From: Chrysomallon squamiferum
Lineage: Eukaryota > Animalia > Mollusca
Length of the DNA: 64,000 bases
Direction: 5' to 3'
Assembly: GCA_012295275.1 (NCBI GenBank)
Contig: CM022679.1
Coordinates: 26,474,001 to 26,538,000 of the forward strand
Shown here: piece by piece, positions 48,490 through 64,000 of the stretch
Layout: each line of letters opens with the position of its first letter
Numbering within the stretch: position 1 is the first letter of the stretch
Notes under the pieces: generated by a model
The model's database searches: none
What the model was told of the DNA's origin: nothing
Seen by the model: the letters and a program-made list of their open reading frames with translations, nothing else
Translations under genes and position numbers: made by a program

Positions 48490-49243
48490 CAGCTGATTAT
48501 TTTCTTTCAAAATATATTTTTTATTTATTTATTTTATCTTTCCTATTATTTCCTATTATTTTATTTGGTTCAAGATTTAGAAACTAGATTTATGCGTTCA
48601 AAAATGCCGTTACGGGTATTCCCCAAATCTGTTGTCGCTAGGCAACAAACAAAGTCCACAATCTGATATATAATTTGTTTCCATTCTTTTTTCAAACTAT
48701 TATTATTATTAGTTGTAGTAACAGTAGTAGTAGCAGCAATAGGTGTAGTAGTAGTAGTAGTAGTAAAAGAAATGATAGTGGTAGAAGTAAAAGATGAAGT
48801 GGATGTATTTATGATGCGTGGAACAAACAGTGAAAACACTTTGTAAGAAATGAAGTTCCGGCGTTTTGAGCACGGGATCAGAGCCGCGCGCACCCACGCA
48901 TGCGCACGGCAACTGTTTAATATCTATCTATCTATCTATCTATCCATATATATATATATATATATATATTAGACATACAGACTGTATAATAGTTGTAACA
49001 AACTGGAAGTAAAATACAAATCAATTTGAAGATAAAAGGTTAATATTATTCTGCTGTCTACATATGCATACTAATTTAAAGTATCCGAATGCAGAACATG
49101 CTTTATAAATTAGATAAATTTTTATCGACAAATTCACGTAATGTCACAATACAATAATGCATGCATGCATATTTAACTGCATAAACACAGAAAATGCATG
49201 AACAAAAAGACCGTGACTTAATTTTGAAAATATTAATATAGAA

Positions 49244-49303
<60 letters not shown>

Positions 49304-49432
49304 GTGAATTCGTTCATTAACGGCTTTGTTGTCATTTTTGAATTTTCTTTTGTTTTGTTTTAAATAAATAAGAAGAAATAGAGTCTGCAAATGAACAAAT
49401 ACAACAAATGTTACTACAAATGCTACTAATAA

Positions 49433-49467
<35 letters not shown>

Positions 49468-50384
49468 GTTTATAAAAATCTTTTTCGTTTTTATTTTTGT
49501 TACTGTTGTTTTTTTTTTTTTGTTGTTTTTTTTTATTTATTTTTTTTTTTTTTTTATTACTATTATAAATATGTTGTATATTTTTTTCAGTTTTTCTATC
49601 CGCCATTTTAAATCCGCGACTTCTGTTTTTTATTTTTTATCCTTGCTGGAGAGTAATTTGACCTAAATAAAAGAAACGTATCTAACACATCTCTGCAACT
49701 TGGTAATTTCACGGTTCAGTTGTTACAGTAAAGTCATACTGACGTTTGGTCAAATGCACGAATTTTTTTTTTGTATTATTATTTCTGAGTCTGATCACGT
49801 ATCTCCTGAATTTTAATTACGAAACACGTATGTGAAAACCTTTTACCACCAGCAGCTGTATACCTGAAAACAGAACAATGGCGGGCTAGGGCTTGGAAAA
49901 AATGCAATGCATTGCATCATCAGGTGATTTACCTTTTAGGATTCCGGCTCATCTCACTGGTCTCTTTGTATAATTCAATAATCCAATAAAATTGCACCTT
50001 TAGATTTAACAAGTAACACATATTTAACAAGTAACACATATTATTTTATATATGTCATCAAGGAAAATCCAACATGCTATTTTTAGTAACTAATGAACTA
50101 TATATAGAACTGTAGTATTAAAAGCTACGTGGTTTACATTACATTACATTACATTATAAATATTTGTATTATATTATATTATGTTATTATCATTATTATT
50201 ATTATTATATTATCTTATCTTATAATATATTATATTATAATAAAATACATTTATGTCCACTGATTTAAATATTCACAATTTGTAGACGGAGAATATACTT
50301 CCCTCACAGAATAAAATAATAAATATAATAAGAAGGGAATGATTTTATTTAGTTATTTAATAAACAAAACAAACATATATATAT

Positions 50385-50420
<36 letters not shown>

Positions 50421-50831
50421 GTAGGTAGATATATATATATGTGTATGTATATGTGTATATATATAAACAAATAACATCAGAATTTTATATAAATTTAATA
50501 AAATATATAAATAGCAAATAAATATTTTATTCTTCCAAATATTTGACTACGTTTTCATAAACAGTCTGAGTTTAATATTCTTTCACCATTTTCATATTCT
50601 AGCAACGGGTTATCTTGTTGTTTGAACTGTGATCTCGGGAATCAAGGTTCATGAGATGAATTTTTCTGCCTGTCCATTACATTCAGGTTTATAGATATGG
50701 TTTTACAAAAGGGCGTGGTAGGAGCTATGTTGAGTATTCAGCGATAAAAGAATTCAACTATTGATCCCTTGAAAACATAGAATAGTTCATGCGTTGACGA
50801 GTATCATAATTCTTTTTTCTTCTTCTTCTTC

Positions 50832-50887
<56 letters not shown>

Positions 50888-50910
50888 TTAATTATTAGAC
50901 CAGAAAAAAG

Positions 50911-50941
<31 letters not shown>

Positions 50942-51072
50942 TAATTTTTGTTCACAATTAAATTTAAATCAGTCATTAAGTGATATTTTTCTACATTATA
51001 ATGGAAACAGTTCACAATTTAAGCTCCACCTATCTTCTATATACTTGTATTTGCTGCTCTATAAGACAGAAC

Positions 51073-51268
51073 GGGTTTTCCCAGAACGAAAATCACCATC
51101 TTCTTTATAAAAGGTAGGTTCAAACGTGGCAAATTTTACATGTTAACCTTGCAGATGACCCTGAAAGAAAAGGGTGACACGAGTATCTGTATAAAAGTCA
51201 TATTGTTTTGCAGTACCTGCAATATAGAATAATGATGATCATATTTATTTATAGATATGATTCACCCA
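51073..51268 (+). promoter_or_regulatory. Duplicated promoter/first exon of bZIP E (second copy)
   Basis: GGGTTTTCCC 51073-51082, TATAAAAG 51190-51197, ATGATTCACCCA|gtacga 51257-51268. Confidence 0.6.
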
Positions 51269-51792
51269 GTACGAAATTTTGTAAATGTCAAATGATAACA
51301 GATCTTTTGTATATTAATATTGCTGTTGTTGTAGTTGTCGTCGTAGTCTTAATAGTTGCCATTTTGCTATTGTAATTATTATCATCATGAATTCCTTTAT
51401 TGTTGCAATTTATTTCCCGATTATACATACCTACATACAAAGATACATACATACATATACAGAAATATCTTTTCATATATTTCTTTTTCAGAAAAATGCC
51501 AGAATAAAATATGGTTTTCAGTTAACCACTCCTCAAAAATATGTTTTGATAAGGACAAAAATGTTTTCATTTCTTGCAATTTGTGTTTATTTGTTTTTTT
51601 TTTTTTTTTTTTTTTTTTTTGTTTATTGTTATTATTTTGTTTGTTTGGTTTGGTTTTAGTTTTTTATAGAGGAGCTTTGTTTTTGTTATTGTGGTTATTG
51701 TTGTCATTTTGGGTTTTTGCCTGTGTTGGTTTTGTTCATTTATTTGTTTTGTCTTATTTATTTATTTATTTATTTATTTGTTTTTATTGCAG

Positions 51793-51888
51793 CTTTCAGC
51801 AATCAACCAGATTTGGTTGTCTGATTTGTCACTGAGACTGCTGTGTGTTCTTGCTCTTGACCGGTTTGGTGACTTCGTGTCAGATGAG
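51793..51888 (+). pseudogene. BTAF1: Orphan internal exon of BTAF1/Mot1 (copy 2)
   Basis: ttgcag|LSAINQIWLSDLSLRLLCVLALDRFGDFVSDE|gtaaat. It is 96 nt and near-identical to 40572-40667, including ~350 bp of downstream intron. Confidence 0.85.
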
Positions 51889-52246
51889 GTAAATATTTGC
51901 AGATCAAAGAATTCTTATTATCCCGATGAAAAAGCAAATTGCTTACCATTCAGCTTTCAAAAATCTGGTTTCTTTAAAAAGAGATCATAACATGAGATGA
52001 TTTAATTTCAGTCACTCTCTGTTTAAGTGCATATTTTATTTACAGTAAATAATGGATTATTATATCCTGATTCAAAAAAATATATATGTTATGCATATTT
52101 TCTTTAAAATAATTAAAATACAATTCTTACTGAAAGACCATATAATCTGAATTAGCTTTAATGTATTGTTTAAAATGTAGAGTATTATATCATATGTGAT
52201 TTAAAATGAATTAATTCTAAATCTGTTAAAATGTAAGTTTTAAGAT

Positions 52247-52278
<32 letters not shown>

Positions 52279-52495
52279 ATTATCATTATTACTAAAAAAT
52301 AAATATTATTATTCTTTTGCAGCTTATATTAGAATGTTTATTTGAAAGACAAGTTTGAATTTGCTTTGGTTTCATTAAGAAAATTTCTTATTCTAAGAAT
52401 TATGTTTTACTGGCAAATTTAAAAATTTAAAAATGCTGTTATAAGTTTGCTGTATCTCCTCCTCTGTGGTGATGATGATTATGATGATGATGATG

Positions 52496-52528
<33 letters not shown>

Positions 52529-52763
52529 GAATGAATAAATAAATAAATAAATAATAAATGATATCAAGATAATAATGAACGATGGATTACAGCATTTCTT
52601 TTATTTCCAAATTGGTGTCAATATATTCACTTTTGTGTGTTCTTTTCATTGTGTGTGTGTGTGTGTGGTGTGTCTGAACTATGGAAGTACAAATATATTA
52701 CACATTTCCAATTTTTGCATTTGTTTATTTTCAAAATGATGTCAGTATAAGTATATATATATG

Positions 52764-52926
52764 CTTGTTAAATCAGAACATTCTAACCTTCAGATATTTA
52801 CTAGCCATCCCAAATATGTTTGTTAATAAACATTATATATATTAACTAACATATATGGAATTGCTAGTAAATATCTTAAGATATCAGCTTTATCCTGTGA
52901 AGGTTAGAATGTTCTGATTAAGCAAG
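52764..52926. repeat. Imperfect inverted repeat (hairpin) in the putative 3' UTR of bZIP D
   Basis: Left arm cttgttaaatcagaacattctaaccttca-gatatttactagccatcccaaatatgtttgttaat pairs with attaactaacatatatggaattgctagtaaatatc-[22-nt bulge]-tgaaggttagaatgttctgattaagcaag. Confidence 0.8.
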
Positions 52927-53025
52927 GCCAAGCCGAGCTGCATTCAGCCATTTCACCAAAGCAAGGTGGGTTTTATATCTTAAGTCAGTAACCAATTATT
53001 TCTTTTATCCTGCAGTCCCAGATGA

Positions 53026-55984
<2,959 letters not shown>

Positions 55985-56437
55985 TTTTTTTTTCTTATAT
56001 CAGTACCTGTTGGTATCTTGATTTTATTCTTCACGACTTTCGAAGAGTTGTCTTTTAAATATTTTGATTAGAAACCAAGTATTGTTCTGATGTATATTCT
56101 GCAGACAATCGTTTTAGAAGAATGCTTCTGGAGACTTAAATCCGCCGAGTGATTTTGACATACAAGAAAATATAAATCACAGTAGAAATTATTTCGCATA
56201 TGAGTGTAATTATAGTAGTATAACAATAGTAGTAATGAAAGTAATATTAATAGTGAAAGTGTTATTAGTGGCAATAATAGTAGTAGAGATGATAGTAATA
56301 GTAGCAGCAGCAGTGATAATTGTAACAGTAGTAGTAGGTGTTGTAATAGTAGAAATAACTGTGGCAAATAATAGTTTTTATTTATCAATTTATTTATCAT
56401 CATCACATCAGCAACAGTAGCAACAAATGATAACATT

Positions 56438-56470
<33 letters not shown>

Positions 56471-56569
56471 AATAATAATAATAATAGTTGCTGCATTGCT
56501 ACTGGTACTACAACTACTACCACTTCAAATAGACAGATAGGCTGATAGATAGTAATGTCTATATCTATA

Positions 56570-56676
<107 letters not shown>

Positions 56677-57075
56677 GTTTAACTAAAGAAAATATTACTT
56701 TAAAAACTATATTAAGCACACTATTTACCTTTAATGTACATCTTGGAATCAATCAGCAATCAGGAAATTTTTATTTTAGTCGGGAGTTTAAAGGAAACCT
56801 GAAAGGAAACGATTAAAAATGTTTTTCAAGAATTTAATATAATAATAATAACAATAATCAGCTGATTATTTCTTTAAAAAAAAAAAAAAAAATGTTTATT
56901 TATTTATTTTATCTTTCCTATTAATTTATTTGGATCGAAATTTAGAAACTAGTTTATTGTATTGTATTCAAAAGTACCGTGACGGGTATTCCCGAAATCC
57001 GCTGTTGTCGCTAGGCCACAAACAAAGTCCGTCCGTCACAACAGTCTGACATTTTTTTCATTCTTTGTTTTTCCC

Positions 57076-57113
<38 letters not shown>

Positions 57114-57183
57114 GCTGTAGTAGTAGTAGTAGTTGAAGAAATAATAGTGACTGCATTAGAAGACGATGCGTAGAACATCCAGG

Positions 57184-57233
<50 letters not shown>

Positions 57234-58311
57234 TGTGTATATATATATATATATATATAGACATACTTACAGACTGTGTAATATTTGTAACAAACTGGAA
57301 GTACGATACAAATCAGTATGAAGATAAAAGGTCGATATTATTCTCCGGTCCACATATGCATACTAATTTAAAGTTGCCGAATGCAGAACATGCTTTGTAA
57401 ATACGATAAATTTTTATCGACTAATTCACGTAACGTCACAATACAAAAATGCATAAACCGTCACTTAATTATGAAAATATTAAAGCGTAATTATTATTAT
57501 TACCTGTTAAATTTACGAAATAACAAATATTATTTGGTATAATTTACGATGTCGACAAGGAAAATCCAAGATGCTATTTTTAGTAACTAATGAACTATAT
57601 ATATAGAACTGTAACATGGCTGATATTTAAACCAACGTATATTTTATTATATTACATTATATTATGTTATGTTATATTATACTATATTATATTATGTTAT
57701 GTTATGTTATGTTATGTTATTTTATGTTATGTTATGTTGTAATAAAATACTGATTTAAATATTCACAATTTGTAGAGGGAGAAAATACTTCCCTGACACG
57801 CGAATAATAAAAGTGTCAAAAAGAGTTTATCTTTTTTAAATCTTTTATATATATATAAAAGAAAATAAAATAAAAAATAATTAATATAATAAGAAGGGAA
57901 TAATTTAATTTAATTATTTAATAAACAAAAAATATATACAAATAAAAAAAATATATATATAAACGAATAACATCAGAATTTTATATAAAGTTAATAAACT
58001 ATATAATGAGCAAATAAATATTTTATTCTTCAAAATATTAGACCACATTTTCATAAACAAACCATTCTGCGTTTAATATTCTTACAGCTTTTGGTTTGAA
58101 CTGTGATCTCGGGAATCAAAGTTCGTGAGATCAAATTTTTCCCTATTCATTACATTCAGGTTTATAGATATGGCTTTACAAAAGGGCGTGGTATGAGCTA
58201 TGTTGTGTTTTCTGCGATAAAATAATTTAACTAATGATCCCTTGAAAACATAGAATAGTTCATGCGTTGACGAATATCATAATTCTTTCCTCTTTTTTTT
58301 TTCTTCTTAAT

Positions 58312-58363
<52 letters not shown>

Positions 58364-58526
58364 TTTTTTTTTTTTTTTTTTTAAATACCAGTATTATTAT
58401 TATTATTAACAATAATATTTATATCAATCATTAGGAGATTTTTTTTACAATTATAATGGAAAGGAAACTCCATATTCTTGTAGATTCGCTGCAACGTGAT
58501 CACCTTCATTCCCATTATTAGGGAAC

Positions 58527-58721
58527 GGGTTTTTCCCGAAGCGGAAAGCACCAAATTCGTTAAAAAGGTAAGTTTAAACGTCGCAAATATTACATGTTAA
58601 CCCTGAAGATGACCCTGAAGGAAAAGGGTGCAGGGGTATCTGTATAAAAGTTATACTATTTTTCAGCACTTGCAATAAAGAATAATGATGATCGTATTTA
58701 TTTATAGATATGATTCACCCA
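58527..58721 (+). promoter_or_regulatory. Promoter and probable first exon of bZIP E
   Basis: kB-like GGGTTTTTCCC 58527-58537 and TATAAAAG 58643-58650. ATG ATT CAC CCA|gtacgg at 58710-58721 would splice in frame to the acceptor at 59350. Confidence 0.55.
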
Positions 58722-58898
58722 GTACGGAATGTCACATGATAACAGATGTTTTGTATTATTAATATTGTTGATGTTGTTGTTGTTGTCGTCGTAGTCTTAA
58801 TAGTTGTCATTTGCTATTGTAATTATTATCATCATGAATTTCTTTATTGTTGCAATTTATTTCCCAATTATGCAAACATACATACATACATACATACA

Positions 58899-58932
<34 letters not shown>

Positions 58933-59096
58933 CATACATATATGCATATATACTAATATAGACATATTTTTTCATAGATTTGTTTTCAGAAAAGATCCCA
59001 GAATAGAATGTGAATTTCAATTAACCACTCCCCAAAAAAATGATTTTACAAGGACAAAATGATTTTTGTATCTTGCATTTTTTATTTGTACTTGTT

Positions 59097-59129
<33 letters not shown>

Positions 59130-59361
59130 TTATTGTGTGTTTGTTTTTTTTTTTTTTTTTTTTGGGGAGTTTTTTTGGGGGGTTTCTCTTTTGAGGTTGC
59201 TTAGTTATTTTTTTGTCTTGTTTATTTGTTTGGTTATAATGTCTTTTGGTGAAAAGTTGTTTTAATTCATCCGTCCATGCATCCATTAATATATTCGTTT
59301 GAATTTATTATAAAATTATGTTGTTGTTGTTGTTTTTTTTTATCCTCAGAAAAAGAAAAGT

Positions 59362-60012
59362 ATGAGAATAGAACTCTTTATAATACTAGCAATGCATAAA
59401 TTATTCAGCCGAAAGTCTTCATCTTCAACATTTATTCACGATGAAAGTGTTCCAAGCTGTTCCTATGAGCCTGCTTCAAATATGTATGGAGAGGATGATG
59501 TCGACGAAGTCGACAGCGCCTTTTTTATCCGAACAAGACACGATTCCGAATCATTCCTCAATGACTTAGATTTTACAGTCAATCAATCACTTCGCTCATC
59601 ACCGATAATCTGGCCAACAATGAAATCGCGCTCATCGTCTGCTAGTTCGTCTGTGAAAAACTTGACTTCATCCATAGAGACGTTATCTTTCTCCAGTTTG
59701 GAAAAAAATGAAAGCAGTGACACAAAAGAAGAACTAAACGAAACGGTTTCGGAGGTGAAGAAAAAAAAAAGCATTCTGCCTTTGCTGAAGAGAGAAATAA
59801 AACTTAAAATTCAGATCAACAGACTGAAGGCTGGAAAAGAAGAACTGAAACCAGATTTTGCTCCTTCAGAATCGAAGGTAAATTGGAAACAGCCACTGTG
59901 ATTTATCATTATCATCTACGCTAACAGCTGACCTTTTACCCTACCCCTTGGTTTTGTTGGCGGATATTTATTCATTTATTTTACTTATTTTATTTTATTT
60001 TATTTTATTTTT

Positions 60013-60105
<93 letters not shown>

Positions 60106-60992
60106 TATATTTATTTTTATTTTTATTTTTTCTTCTTTTTTTACGTTCCTCTTTCATTTGTATACTAATGATCGTAAATATTAAACTTCTTATGTGATTT
60201 AATTTTTTTCATAATATTCAGATGACTTTTTCTGAGCTGAAAAAAAGAGAGAGAAAGAGGGAACAAAACAGAATGTCTGCTTTGAGATCCCGTAAGAAAC
60301 AAAAACAAAAAGAAACTGATGTTGAGAAGGTAATTTTGAAACAAAATAACGATGCTAATCTTTATATCTTCTGCATCACTGGTGTAATACGCATAGGATG
60401 AAGAAAATAATTAAATAATTAATAATTAAGAAAACGAAACAAAAACAAACAAATGAATGAATAAATAAATTAATAATGATAAAGTAAAATAAAGATAACA
60501 ACAACCATAACATTTGCAATAACAACTCTATAACAACAAAAAGAAAAAAGAAAAATAACAACAATACTAGTACTATTACTACTACTACTACTGCTACTAC
60601 TATTACTACTACTACTATTGCTAATAATAATAATAATAATAATAATAAATTAATTAATTAAATAATTAATAAAATATACAGAGAATAAAACAATATTTTA
60701 TTATTGCAATTTATTGTAATTAACATTGTTGTTCTTCTGTTTTTATGTCTTCTTCTTCTTACTTATTATTATTACTGCTGGATTTTTCTTTATTATTTTG
60801 TTTCCAAAATCATTATTACAGCGATTCAGTGAGGCTGAACAGACAAACAAAAGGCTAACAGAAGAACGCAATTCTCTTCTGAGGGAGAAAAAGTCTCTTT
60901 CCAGTTTGCTGATTAATCATCTTTGTCATGGCTGCGAGTCTGAGAAAAAAGACGACCATTTGAAAGAAGTGAAAAAACTGTCTACCTTGTAA
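59362..60992 (+). CDS. bZIP transcription factor E, ATF3/Fos/BATF class (~264 aa)
   Basis: Exons 59350/59362-59877 (Ser-rich, ends ILPLLKREIKLKIQINRLKAGKEELKPDFAPSESK), 60222-60329 (108 nt, MTFSELKKRERKREQNRMSALRSRKKQKQKETDVEK) and 60822-60992 (zipper ...LLINHLCHGC...). Confidence 0.9.
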
Positions 60993-61723
60993 ACAGCTCC
61001 GGTACTGAGCAAAATTCAGTAAAACCTTTAAACAGATAAATGTCACAAGTATACAGACACACGCACACTCGCACTCACAGATACAAACCAACAATAGATA
61101 ATAAACACTAAAACAGAAATATATAAATCAAAGAAGACGCCTGTGATAATTTAATTAAATAAATAATTAATAAATAAATTAAAACATAGTATCATCTAGT
61201 GTTGTTATATTTGTTGTTTTTATTATTTTTTTTTTTTTGGGGGGGTGGATGGGTGTATGAGGATTTTGATAATATTAATGTGTCATCGTTTACTTAAACT
61301 GATTAGAGTTTATCGTAAAAATCAATATTCCATCTATTCTGAAAATGCTATGCTTTAATTTTGTTTTTCATATTTTTACATCTCTCTCCTTCTATTATTT
61401 ATAAAAATTAATTAATTTATTTAACTATGATTTTTTTTTTGATTTTTTAAAATAACAAACGTTTATTATTTGCGAGTTTAAAAAATCCTTTAAAAGGCCT
61501 CGCCCAAATGTATTTCAAAGGGAAATAACTGTTATTGTAATAAATTTGTTTATTATTTAAATTGCTTTTGTTTCATGCACTGATAAACATTGTTTTAAAG
61601 ACATTTTGAATTTATTTGAGGAATGTTATACAATAATGAATCAATTTCTTGAATTTGAATTAATATATTTTCTTTCCTCTTTTACGATAATCTGAAGTCG
61701 TTCTTTCTTCCTCAATTGTTTTC

Positions 61724-61810
61724 ATTGGCTAAAAGTAGAAAAGTCTTTAGCAAATTCACCAATCAGCGTGAAATCGTGCTGGTATTAGAGGCACTATGTT
61801 CAAAATGGCT
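61724..61810 (+). promoter_or_regulatory. Housekeeping-type promoter of BTAF1 (CCAAT boxes, YY1 motif)
   Basis: ATTGG 61724-61728, CCAAT 61759-61763 and CAAAATGGC 61801-61809, ~330 bp upstream of the BTAF1 ATG. Confidence 0.5.
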
Positions 61811-62132
61811 GTCAGTATAAATACTAAACATGCTGAGGGCAAGATCGATACATACTTGAAGTCATTTCGTAAAACGGCTTACGTTATTATAATAGTTATA
61901 TGTAAAATAAGTCAGCATTCTTGTTTTGGATTAAATTTATATAGCATTCATACAAAATTTTATTGTTTGCATGGCTGGTTGCTTGTAAAAGGTGTTTTCC
62001 TTCAACATCCGGTCGGCTGCTTGCCTTCGTTAGCAAAAATATTGAATGTCGCAGAAACTCTCTTAAGCTTTTGTTTTTCTGGTACCTGAGACTAGTGTGT
62101 CTCGTCTGTTAAAGCATTCAGCCTACGAACGA

Positions 62133-63661
62133 ATGACTACCAGGTACTTACGTATTTACATTCACATAGATCAAAGTATTAGGATTTTTTTTTAAAGAAA
62201 TTTGTTTTGTTTTTTGTCATCGCAAATTATCTATCTACCGAATCCCACGAATGTAAGAAAGAAATATGAAAATATCAAATCATTGTGAATAAAATCACGA
62301 ATATTTCCACAAATTCATTAGCTTATGATTGTTGTCATAGCTGGAAAGACAGCAGTCGTTCTTCAACTCGTCAGTCTACTAAAAAAAATTGTGAAGTAAA
62401 TACAATTATTTGTATAACTAGATTTTCGATACTAATTTATTTATTTATTTTTTATTATTATTTTTAATTTTTTGTAAAAATATTCAATTAAATTAATAAT
62501 AATAACAATAATAAAAAGTTGCAATGATGATGAAATAAAATAATAAATTGGTTAAAAGTAACTGCAAAAGTTTCTGAGATGGGAGTGGTATCAAAATGAA
62601 ACCTATGACATAAGTCATTTTAATATTTGACACTTGTTCCTGATAAAAACATGTCTAACAGTCATAAGCCCAGAATATAATTTTCTTTACAATTTTGTAT
62701 CACTTAAAAATCTAAAACTGTCCTAGTAGATCTATGATTATTTTCAATATTAATTTATAAATGTATACAAACATACATGCATATGTAATGTATATATATG
62801 CATACATACATACATACATACAATGATACATTCATATATACATACATCCACACATACATACATAGATACGAAAATACAAACATATCTGATTATTTATCGA
62901 CATATAAATACATTTTTAATTTTATTTATTTATTTTTTTTTTTGATATATAGGACTTTGACAAATTGAATGTAATAATATTTAGGTGAGGTAATAATTAG
63001 ATTTTAAACATATTTTTAGTTTAGATGGAAGTAGTTTTATAACTGGATTTTATTTATGTCTGTGACTGATTATTATTATTTTTTTTTTTCCTAATGTTCT
63101 GAGTCACTGAAATATTTTGATTTTTAATTTTATAAAATATATTTCTCTTTCAGGCTAGATCGACTGTTTCTCTTGCTTGATACAGGTTCAACACCCCTGA
63201 TTCGCAAATCTGCTGCAGAACAACTAGGAGAAGTCCAGAAACTTCACCCATATGAGCTAAACAATCTTCTTGCTAAGGTATGTACGTTACAACTAATTCC
63301 AGATAAGTTATTTTAAAACTAAAATTATAGTGTTTTGTATGCCATTGGTTCAGATGTTTACGTAGTTGTGCTTTGGGCTGTGATTAAATCCAAGTCTGTA
63401 CTAATTAGTAACATTAATCAAAAGAAAGGTTTTATCAGGGATTGAAACCAGGTGTCTGTGAATATAAATATATTTAGAAAGTGGTAATAAATTAAACTTT
63501 TTAAATAATTTTTTTTTAATATATAAATTTTCATTTTTAATGTTACATTTATTTCGATCAAATTTGACGTGTGTGTTCTAGAAAGATATTAATGAAATGC
63601 AGTGGGGAATGAAATCTGGATTTTTAAAAAAAAATTAATATCATAATCATATATATATATA

Positions 63662-63694
<33 letters not shown>

Positions 63695-64000
63695 CAACTA
63701 TTATTTTACATATATTTTTATTTTCAATAAATATGGTTTCATTTATCACAGCATTTTTGGGGGATCAGTTAATGACATAAAGCTGGAGGTTACTATAAAC
63801 ACCATATTCCAGCATGTGCCCCATGATTGTTTATACAGACACCCTTGTCTAATGTAAAACAAATCTAGAGGCAGGGTTTTCCAGAACAGTCCACCTATGT
63901 AAGGTCTAGAGTGTTTTCATTAACTATGTGTTCCTTGCTGCAGGTTCACCAGTACCTGTGCAGTACAAACTGGGAGACAAGGATAGCAGCTGGGTTAGCT
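62133..64000 (+). CDS. BTAF1: TATA-binding protein-associated factor 172 (Mot1 ortholog), first three coding exons; continues beyond the window
   Basis: Exons 62133-62143 (MTT-R), 63154-63277 ([42 protein letters not shown]) and 63944-64000+ ([19 protein letters not shown]). This is the classic Mot1/BTAF1 N-terminus. Confidence 0.95.

Overview
AT-rich, microsatellite-dense animal genomic DNA with GT-AG introns. It is probably lophotrochozoan/molluscan, inferred from gene content and SINE-like remnants. It has three parts. (1) 1-20.3 kb: the 5' part of a multi-exon Cad87A/CDH23/CDHR-type cadherin on the minus strand (signal peptide plus at least 11 EC repeats, running off the left edge). It has an internal 5-EC duplication, a candidate 6-nt microexon and at least four reading-frame lesions. 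(2) 26.8-61 kb: a tandem cluster of five Fos/ATF3/BATF-class bZIP genes plus one partial copy, all sharing the 108-nt basic-region exon. Three of them (B, C, D) sit in ~10-11 kb segmental duplications and carry huge, internally repeated Ser/Lys-rich N-terminal exons (up to ~1000 aa). Two duplication units also carry an orphan internal BTAF1/Mot1 exon placed behind a copied kB-site/TATA promoter. (3) 62.1-64 kb: the first three coding exons of the intact BTAF1 (Mot1) gene. All exon boundaries were read by eye from splice signals and reading-frame continuity; no database searches were run.
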